A stretch of DNA of 64,000 nt from an uncultured Flavobacteriaceae bacterium (GTDB taxonomy: Bacteria; Bacteroidota; Bacteroidia; Flavobacteriales; Flavobacteriaceae), in contig CAYXXY010000014.1 in NCBI GenBank assembly GCA_964469175.1, positions 3,419-67,418 on the forward strand, written 5' to 3'. Every line of letters starts with the position of its first letter. Within the stretch, counting starts at the first letter, position 1. A model generated the notes under the pieces. That model saw nothing but the letters and a program-made list of their open reading frames with translations. It had not been told where the DNA came from and did no database searches. The position numbers were made by a program, and so were the translations under genes. Below, in pieces: positions 57,205-64,000 of the stretch.

Positions 57205-58095
57205 TTAGTTTCGTCTTGGGGCTTTTTCCGGATGGTTGTCTATTCTGTATGAACCGCCAATTCCCACAAAAAATCTGGAAGGGGTGTCTTTAAAATTCAC
57301 CATTGATAGTATATCCAGTTGAAAATCAGGACCAAAAAGATAAGCTGCACCAAACCGCAACAACTGGTCTGCATAAAAATCACTTTTAATTCCTTGATTT
57401 TCAACAAACATTGAAAATCTGGGATTAAATGCATGGGTAAGGGTTAAAATGTATGAATAGGTTGGGAAATCAGTCGTGACACGGTCAACAATAAAGTTGG
57501 TAACAAAAACAAAACCCCCTTCAAAATTGTTTTGAGTCATCAATACAAATTTTGGGCTGAATCTTGGGTCTTCAGGTGGTAAAAAGGGATTTTCTTCAGT
57601 ATCAAAATTGACCCCTGCATAGAAAGATATTGCCGGAATTAATTCTTCCCATTGAAATTTGTTGTTTGCCCTCCAACTGTATAGATTGGGTGCTCTTTGA
57701 TCCCTTTCTTTATAAGGGTCATAAATTAGATATTTTGCCCCAAGTGTATTTGCCCTGAAATTACTTCGGTTGTATTCAAATGGAACGGCACTTCGGTTGT
57801 CAACCACTTGTTCTGCCACAAAGGACCCTGTTAAATTAATCTCCAGGCGATCCCAAACAAGTCCATGCCTGATAGCATAATCGATATAAAATGCGTCAGT
57901 TTTAGTCCTTAAAAGTGAATGTTCTTCCCAGCCAATGGAGACACCGGTTTCTATATGTGTAACATTTTTACCAACGGCAAAAGCACCTTGAGAGGTTCCC
58001 GGGCGGTTTGAATTGATAATGTCTGTATATTGAGCATTTAGGTTTATGGAACTGCTTATCAGCAAGGTAAAAACCAAAAATTTTAGATGATGCAT
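57205..58095 (-). CDS. outer-membrane beta-barrel 'transporter' family protein (MetA-pathway/phenol-degradation-like)
   Basis: The ATG at 58095 gives the signal peptide MHHLKFLVFTLLISSSINLNAQ. It has an alternating beta-strand pattern and a C-terminal aromatic residue. An alternative ATG is at 58125. Confidence 0.6.
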   Translation of the reverse strand: MHHLKFLVFTLLISSSINLNAQYTDIINSNRPGTSQGAFAVGKNVTHIETGVSIGWEEHSLLRTKTDAFYIDYAIRHGLVWDRLEINLTGSFVAEQVVDNRSAVPFEYNRSNFRANTLGAKYLIYDPYKERDQRAPNLYSWRANNKFQWEELIPAISFYAGVNFDTEENPFLPPEDPRFSPKFVLMTQNNFEGGFVFVTNFIVDRVTTDFPTYSYILTLTHAFNPRFSMFVENQGIKSDFYADQLLRFGAAYLFGPDFQLDILSMVNFKDTPSRFFVGIGGSYRIDNHPEKAPRRN

Positions 58096-58175
58096 AAGCT
58101 TGTGATTTGTGTAAATATAACGCATTTTATCATTTAATTAATAGCTGAAATTTCCTTTTATTTATTAGGATTGCC

Positions 58176-58183
58176 TATTTTTG
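58176..58183 (+). promoter_or_regulatory. candidate -7 box TATTTTTG upstream of the DUF4834 gene
   Basis: Matches TAnnTTTG, 31 nt before the ATG at 58214. There is no clean -33 box. Confidence 0.3.
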
Positions 58184-58213
58184 AAAACTATTAAAAATCT
58201 TTAAACTTTACAG

Positions 58214-58477
58214 ATGTTGTCGTTCTTAAAAACGCTTTTAATAATCATTTTAGTTTATTATGCAGTCAAATTTCTTTTTCGATTGTTGCTGCCCTATTTT
58301 TTAAGGTATATTGCTAAAAAAGCCACCCAAAAAATGGAAAGGACCTTTAGTGGCATGCACAACCACCAAACCGAAAAACCCAAGGAAGGAAAAGTAACCA
58401 TAGACCACCCGCCAATAAAGCAACGAAAAAACAAGAAAACCGTTGGTGAATATGTGGATTACGAAGAAATTGACTAA
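58214..58477 (+). CDS. DUF4834 family small membrane protein
   Basis: 87 aa. An N-terminal TM helix and the C-terminal GEYVDYEEID tail typical of the family. Confidence 0.7.
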   Translation: MLSFLKTLLIIILVYYAVKFLFRLLLPYFLRYIAKKATQKMERTFSGMHNHQTEKPKEGKVTIDHPPIKQRKNKKTVGEYVDYEEID

Positions 58478-58501
58478 TTTTCACCGTCTTAATCAGATTC
58501 A

Positions 58502-60961
58502 ATGAAAAAATCTCTCCAATCCGTTTGGCCACATCTGGCAGTTTTATTGTTTTTCACCATAGTTTCATTGGCTTATTTCAGTCCGGTACTTCAGGGTAAA
58601 AAAATATTTCAGAGTGATATTGTTCAATATACCGGAATGGCCAAGCAGCACAACGATTTCAGGGCTGAAACAGGGGAGGAGACTTACTGGACCAACTCGG
58701 CATTTGGCGGTATGCCCACTTACCAACTCGGCGCTCAATACCCTCATAACTACATCAAAAAACTGGATTTAACCATCCGTTTTTTACCACGCCCGGCTGA
58801 TTATTTGTTTCTCTATTTACTTGGTTTTTACTTGCTGTTGCTTTCGCTTAAAATGGATTTTAAGCTTGCGGCAGTAGGAGCATTGGCTTTTGGTTTTTCT
58901 ACTTATTTGATAATTATACTTGGAGTGGGCCACAATGCAAAAGCCCACGCCATTGCCTATATGCCCATGGTTTTGGCAGGTATTTTCCTTGTTTTTAGAA
59001 GGAAGTACATCCTCGGATTTTTTGTTACCTGCATTGCCATGGCGCTTGAAATTTGTGCCAACCACTATCAAATGACCTACTATTTGTTGTTGTTAATACT
59101 GGTCATTGGAATTGTATATCTCATAGACGCTGTCAAAAAGAAGACATTGCCACATTATTTTAAATCTGTGGGTATTATGGCTGCCGGTGTACTTATTGCT
59201 ATTGGTCTTAATGCAACCAATATACTTGCAACACAAGAGTATGCCAAAGAATCTACAAGAGGTGCATCTGCACTTACCATTAACCCTGACGGCAGCCCTA
59301 AAGAAGGCAGTAGTGGACTTTCAAAAGAATATATTACAGAGTATTCCTATGGAATAACAGAATCCTTCAACTTGTTCATTTCCCGTTTTAAAGGAGGAGG
59401 AAACGTAGAGGATGTAGGCACAAATTCGGCAACATATGAATACTTGATGAAAAGAGGGCTAAATCCAAATCAGGCATCTGAAATCGTTTCAGCAGTTCCC
59501 ACATATTGGGGGCAACAACCCATAGTTGCAGCTCCCGCATACATTGGTGCGGTGGTGTTTTTTCTGGCTTTCCTGGGTATTTTCCTTTTGAGAGGTAAAC
59601 ACAGATACTGGTTGATTGTAGGATCTGTTATGGCTTTGATGCTTTCCTGGGGGAAAAACTTCGATTTTTTAACCAATTTGTATATTGACTATTTTCCATT
59701 ATACAATAAGTTTAGAGCGATTTCATCCATTCAGGTGATTATAGAATTGTGTTTTCCGGTTCTTGCCATATTTGGTGTTTATAAAATGGTTTCTGCCAAA
59801 GTTTCAGAAGAGGATAAATTGAATGCATTAAAATATTCTGCAGGAATTTTAGGAGGAATTTGTTTGTTGTTTTTGTTTTTCAAAAATAGTTTTTTCGATT
59901 TTGTAGGCGGTAATGACGGGTTATATATTCAAGCTTATGGGCACGAATTTATGGATGCAATAAGGGAAGACAGAAAATCCCTCTTTGTAAAAGATACACT
60001 GAGAAGTTTAGGCTTTGTAGTTGTTACAGCAGGACTGATGTGGATGTTTTTGAAAGAAAAACTCAAATTGAATACTCTATATGTTTTGATTGGGCTTTTA
60101 TTTATTTTGGACTTGGTTCCGGTAAATAAACGCTATGTAAACAATGATAATTTTGTGGCAGCCAGACAGATGTCAAATCCGTTTTCAGAGTATCCTGCCG
60201 ATAAGGAAATCTTAAAAGATGACGGGCATTACAGGGTGTATGATTTGACTACAAGTCCTTTCGCAAACGCAAGGGCTAGTTTTTTTCACAACTCATTGGG
60301 GGGCTATCACGCAGCAAAGCCCGGCAGAATGCAGGAGTTGTATGAATTTTACATGGATTTTGGAAAACTGGAAGTGTTCAATATGTTTAATGTCAAATAT
60401 TTCCTTGAACAAGATGATGAAGGTAGGGTACTGGCTTCAATGAACCCTATGGCCAATGGAAATGCGTGGTTTGTTGAGGAAGTCAATATCGTTGAAACTG
60501 CCGATGAGGAAATTTTAAGTATTGGTGAAACCAACACCAAGCAAACGGCGATTGTTCACCAGGAGTTTGAGTCTTTAATCCCAAACAGGATTTTTGAAGT
60601 TGATTCTTTAGCCTCTATAAAACTGATTGAAGTCCGCCCTAATTACCTGTATTATGAAACCGAAAATACCTCGCCCGGATTGGCTGTTTTTTCTGAACTG
60701 TATTATCCTTATGGTTGGAATGCATACATCAATGGGAAAGCCGTTGAGCATTTCAGAGCAAACTATGCAGTAAGGGCGCTGATGGTTCCGGAAGGATATA
60801 ATAAAATCGAATTTAAATTTGAACCTGAAGTCGTTCAAAAGGGGAGTAGTATAGCTTTGGCAAGTTCTATCTTGTTGTTTTTATTGCTTATTGCAGGGGT
60901 ATTTTTCGGGATTAAATCAAAAAGAGGTAAAGGTTTAAACGAGGATAATAAGGAGGTTTAA
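58502..60961 (+). CDS. YfhO family polytopic membrane glycosyltransferase-like protein
   Basis: 819 aa with about 12 TM helices, a large C-terminal extracytoplasmic domain and a final TM helix. Confidence 0.8.
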   Translation: MKKSLQSVWPHLAVLLFFTIVSLAYFSPVLQGKKIFQSDIVQYTGMAKQHNDFRAETGEETYWTNSAFGGMPTYQLGAQYPHNYIKKLDLTIRFLPRPADYLFLYLLGFYLLLLSLKMDFKLAAVGALAFGFSTYLIIILGVGHNAKAHAIAYMPMVLAGIFLVFRRKYILGFFVTCIAMALEICANHYQMTYYLLLLILVIGIVYLIDAVKKKTLPHYFKSVGIMAAGVLIAIGLNATNILATQEYAKESTRGASALTINPDGSPKEGSSGLSKEYITEYSYGITESFNLFISRFKGGGNVEDVGTNSATYEYLMKRGLNPNQASEIVSAVPTYWGQQPIVAAPAYIGAVVFFLAFLGIFLLRGKHRYWLIVGSVMALMLSWGKNFDFLTNLYIDYFPLYNKFRAISSIQVIIELCFPVLAIFGVYKMVSAKVSEEDKLNALKYSAGILGGICLLFLFFKNSFFDFVGGNDGLYIQAYGHEFMDAIREDRKSLFVKDTLRSLGFVVVTAGLMWMFLKEKLKLNTLYVLIGLLFILDLVPVNKRYVNNDNFVAARQMSNPFSEYPADKEILKDDGHYRVYDLTTSPFANARASFFHNSLGGYHAAKPGRMQELYEFYMDFGKLEVFNMFNVKYFLEQDDEGRVLASMNPMANGNAWFVEEVNIVETADEEILSIGETNTKQTAIVHQEFESLIPNRIFEVDSLASIKLIEVRPNYLYYETENTSPGLAVFSELYYPYGWNAYINGKAVEHFRANYAVRALMVPEGYNKIEFKFEPEVVQKGSSIALASSILLFLLLIAGVFFGIKSKRGKGLNEDNKEV

Positions 60962-61005
60962 TTAACGAGATTTCTCTCGATAGCTATCGGGACGGGAATT
61001 CCACT

Positions 61006-62292
61006 ATGAAAAAGGTTCTAATCATCACTTATTATTGGCCGCCCGCAGGAGGACCGGGAGTACAGCGATGGTTAAAATTTGTAAAATACCTCAAAGATTT
61101 TGGTATTGAACCTGTTGTCTATATCCCTGAAAACCCACATTACCCGATAATTGACAATTCTCTGCTGAATCAAATTCCGAAAGGGATTAAAATCATTAAG
61201 CAGCCCATTAAGGAGCCTTATGGTTTTGCTAAACTGTTTTTCAAACAAAAAACCCAAACCATAAGTAGTGGAATCATACCTAAAAAAAAGCCTTCAGCCA
61301 TTGAAAAGTTAATGTTATATGTAAGGGGAAACTTTTTTATTCCCGATGCACGGGTAGGATGGGTGAAACCATCAGTAAAGTTTTTAAATAATTTCTTGAT
61401 TGAAAATCCTGTAGATGTGATTATCACTACCGGCCCGCCACACAGTTTACATTTGATAGGTAAAGAGTTAACAAAACAAACGCAAATACCCTGGATAGCC
61501 GACTTTAGGGATCCCTGGACAACGATTGGGTATCACAAAGAACTTCGACTCACCAAAGCCTCGCAGCAAAAGCACAAACAACTTGAGAGGGAGGTGTTGC
61601 AATCGGCTGACAGAATTATTGTTACAAGTCCCACTACCAAAAAAGAATTTGAGGCAATTACTCAAAAACCAATTGAAGTCATCACCAATGGATTTGATGT
61701 AGAAATTTCTACTGAAACTGAACTTGATAAAAAATTCACTCTTGCGCATATAGGTTCTTTGCTTTCAGAAAGGAACCCGGTAATGTTATGGAAAGTCTTG
61801 TCTGAGTTGTTAGATGAGAATAAAGAATTCCAAGCGGATTTTGAATTAAAACTTGCCGGAGTTGTAAGCGATGATGTCTTGAAAAGTATAAACAGCTTCC
61901 GGTTAAGTAAACATTTAGATAGTTTAGGATATATTTCACATAAACAGTCAATTGAGTTGCAAAGAAAATCTCAAATTTTGTTATTGATTGAAATCGATAG
62001 CCCTGAAACCAAAGCAATCATTCCCGGAAAACTATTTGAATATCTTACAGCAAAACGACCTATCATTGCTATCGGCCCAAAAGGGAGTGATATTGAAGAA
62101 ATTTTAAATAAAACCCAAGCGGGGATGTATTTTGATTCCTTTTGCGAAAGCGAATTGAAACCACATATTTTAAGTTTATATCAAAACTTTAAAGAAGGAA
62201 AACTTGAGGTAGATTCCAAAGAAATTGAACAATACAGCCGGAAAAACCTTACCAAAAAGCTGTCAGAAATAATCAATTCCACCGCTTTATAA
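61006..62292 (+). CDS. glycosyltransferase (GT4-like, GT-B fold)
   Basis: 428 aa. The N-terminus MKKVLIITYYWPPAGGPGVQRW and the C-terminal nucleotide-sugar-binding half. Confidence 0.8.
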   Translation: MKKVLIITYYWPPAGGPGVQRWLKFVKYLKDFGIEPVVYIPENPHYPIIDNSLLNQIPKGIKIIKQPIKEPYGFAKLFFKQKTQTISSGIIPKKKPSAIEKLMLYVRGNFFIPDARVGWVKPSVKFLNNFLIENPVDVIITTGPPHSLHLIGKELTKQTQIPWIADFRDPWTTIGYHKELRLTKASQQKHKQLEREVLQSADRIIVTSPTTKKEFEAITQKPIEVITNGFDVEISTETELDKKFTLAHIGSLLSERNPVMLWKVLSELLDENKEFQADFELKLAGVVSDDVLKSINSFRLSKHLDSLGYISHKQSIELQRKSQILLLIEIDSPETKAIIPGKLFEYLTAKRPIIAIGPKGSDIEEILNKTQAGMYFDSFCESELKPHILSLYQNFKEGKLEVDSKEIEQYSRKNLTKKLSEIINSTAL

Positions 62293-62302
62293 AACATAAA
62301 TT

Positions 62303-63763
62303 ATGGGAATTGTAGTCAGACAGTCCATTCAAAACACTATAACCACTTATATTGGTTTTGCGGTTGGTGCATTGAACACCCTGTTTTTATACACCAATTT
62401 CCTTACCGACGAATATTATGGGCTGGTGGGGTTTCTGCTTTCGGCTGCAACCATTATGACACCCTTGATGGCTTTTGGTGTTCATAACACACTGGTGAAA
62501 TTTTATTCCTCTTATGAAGACTTAACCCAACGCAATAATTTTTTGAGTTTTATGATTTATTTGCCATTGCTAATGATTATTCCGGTAGGGTTGATAGGTG
62601 TTTTTGCTTATGAAAGTATTTCCTCATTTTTGTCAAAAGAAAATGAAGTTATCAGTAGTTATGTGCCTTCTATTTTTCTTATTGCAGTAGCAATGGCTTA
62701 TTTTGAAGTGTTTTATGCCTGGTCTAAAGTGCATATGCGAAGTGTGTTTGGTAATTTTATGAAAGAGGTATTTCACAGGGTTGTCATTATGCTGCTTTTG
62801 TTTGCTGTTTATTTTGAGCTTATTGATGCCAATGAGTTTGTTTGGTCGCTTGTGGGAGTCTATTTTTTAAGGGCTGTTGTCATGAAATTATACGCCTATA
62901 AGTTGAAATTTCCCAGGATCATTTTCAAGTTTCCAAAAAATTCAAAACAGATTTTTACGTATTCTTCTATGATCATAGTTGCGGGTTCAATTGCTTTAGT
63001 ATTGCTGGATATAGACAAAGTAATGATAGGGAAGTATATACCCATTGAAAATGTGGCTTATTATAATGTGGCTATTTTTATTGCTATGGTGATTATTGTT
63101 CCTGCAAGAGCGATGCATCAGATTACTTACCCCATAACTGCTGAACTATTAAATTCCCGAAATTGGGAAGAGCTGGAGAACTTGTACAAAAAGAGTTCGT
63201 TAACGCTTTTTGTTATTTCAGGATGGGTATTCTTAATGATCGTGCTTAATGTGAATCAATTGTATGAATTGATTCCAAATGAATACAGCACCGGGCTTTT
63301 TGTTGTGCTATTGATTTCAATTTCAAAACTTTTTGACAATTTATTGGGAATAAACAATGCCATTTTATACAATTCAGATTATTACAAATGGACAGTTGTA
63401 CTTGGAGTCCTTTTGGCAATTCTAACCATCACGTTAAATGTGATTTTTATTCCCAAATATGGCATTAACGGAGCTGCAGTTGCCACTTTTTTATCTTTGT
63501 TTCTTTATAGTTTAGCGAAAATTATTGTGGTAAAGATTAAATTCAATATGCACCCATTTAGTAAAGAAACCCTGAAAGTATCGTTGGTGTTGGGACTGTT
63601 TTATGCACTTTTTTATTTGTGGGATTTTCAATTTCATCCAATTGTTAATATAGGACTAAAGTCTTTAATTTTTAGTTTGGTTTATTTTATTCTAATGTAT
63701 AAAGGGAAAATATCTAATGATATCAACAGTTTGTTTGATGCAATCGTAAAGAGGATTTTCTAA
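62303..63763 (+). CDS. oligosaccharide flippase (Wzx/MOP superfamily)
   Basis: 486 aa with about 12-14 TM helices and the typical polysaccharide-biosynthesis-protein layout. Confidence 0.85.
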   Translation: MGIVVRQSIQNTITTYIGFAVGALNTLFLYTNFLTDEYYGLVGFLLSAATIMTPLMAFGVHNTLVKFYSSYEDLTQRNNFLSFMIYLPLLMIIPVGLIGVFAYESISSFLSKENEVISSYVPSIFLIAVAMAYFEVFYAWSKVHMRSVFGNFMKEVFHRVVIMLLLFAVYFELIDANEFVWSLVGVYFLRAVVMKLYAYKLKFPRIIFKFPKNSKQIFTYSSMIIVAGSIALVLLDIDKVMIGKYIPIENVAYYNVAIFIAMVIIVPARAMHQITYPITAELLNSRNWEELENLYKKSSLTLFVISGWVFLMIVLNVNQLYELIPNEYSTGLFVVLLISISKLFDNLLGINNAILYNSDYYKWTVVLGVLLAILTITLNVIFIPKYGINGAAVATFLSLFLYSLAKIIVVKIKFNMHPFSKETLKVSLVLGLFYALFYLWDFQFHPIVNIGLKSLIFSLVYFILMYKGKISNDINSLFDAIVKRIF

Positions 63764-63833
63764 AAAAAGAAACCCTTCATCCTGTTTTCACATTCAAAAG
63801 GGCTTCCAACCAACCAAAACTTAACTTAAATTT

Positions 63834-64000
63834 TTATCCTCTGCCACCACCTCTTTGGGTAGCTCCACCGGATGTTCTCGACGGCGTGTTATTTTGTTGC
63901 CTCACAGTCGCTCTATTTGCCTGCGTGTTTTGAGGCTGCGTTGCAGCAGGTCTCGTTGTCGTTTGCCTGTTTACCTGCGTGTTTTGAGATTGCGTTGCAG
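63834..64000 (-). CDS. 3' end of a truncated CDS encoding a Q/T/N/R-rich low-complexity tail (...ATQSQNTQVNRQTTTRPAATQPQNTQANRATVRQQNNTPSRTSGGATQRGGGRG*)
   Basis: Hand translation of the minus strand. The frame is open to the window edge, with a TAA stop at 63834-63836. Confidence 0.4.
   Translation of the reverse strand, partial: ATQSQNTQVNRQTTTRPAATQPQNTQANRATVRQQNNTPSRTSGGATQRGGGRG

Noticed and set aside
1-64000. Searched for mobile-element hallmarks (transposase, integrase or recombinase ORFs, long terminal inverted repeats, tRNA-adjacent islands) and for tRNA or rRNA genes.
   Set aside because: None were recognised. All large ORFs have chromosomal housekeeping, envelope or glycan assignments.

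Overview
This 64 kb window is gene-dense, at roughly 90% coding, and looks like a Bacteroidota (Flavobacteriia-like) chromosome. The taxonomic call is an inference. It rests on a type-A RNase P RNA, Bacteroidota-typical families (DUF3822, DUF4834, a Lacal_2735-like mini-protein, TRIC, YfhO), TTTG/TAnnTTTG promoter-like boxes, and A-rich rather than Shine-Dalgarno leaders. I found no transposase, integrase, CRISPR array, tRNA or rRNA.

Content in order:
- SixA-like phosphatase, ppk1 and ppx (polyphosphate), then miaE, dnaX and rnpB.
- Two rhodaneses with a small membrane protein and a di-haem cytochrome c.
- rsmD and DUF3822, a RecD-like helicase, nhaA and an ABC-F ATPase.
- Glycan locus 1: wza, wzc, a PglC-like transferase, an epimerase, rfbB and rfbA.
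- A YceI protein, grpE-dnaJ, an ABC-2 exporter and an MscS channel.
- A sigma-54 activator without an HTH domain, PPK2 and an M28 peptidase.
- A 1966-aa alpha-2-macroglobulin-like protein carrying an internal TonB-receptor N-terminal module.
- A fatty-acid hydroxylase and a second M28 peptidase.
- Glycan locus 2: an O-antigen-ligase-like protein, a GT4 and a WbaP-like transferase.
- OxyR, followed by a tightly coupled MoxR/DUF58/DUF4350/DUF4129/membrane/SpoIIM-like operon with a divergent RDD-TRIC pair.
- Cyclophilin, a Nudix hydrolase, a PlsC-like acyltransferase, a GNAT-like protein, an outer-membrane barrel and DUF4834.
- Glycan locus 3: YfhO, a GT4 and a flippase.

The strongest candidates for uncharacterised biology are the MoxR-centred membrane module next to OxyR and the chimeric A2M/TonB-plug giant protein. 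The start codon of that protein lies inside a perfect 21-bp hairpin. Other points worth a second look are an A10 slippery tract in dnaX, a DnaJ with only one zinc centre, and the DNA-binding-domain-less sigma-54 activator.

All family calls come from reading motifs by eye. No HMM or BLAST search was run.
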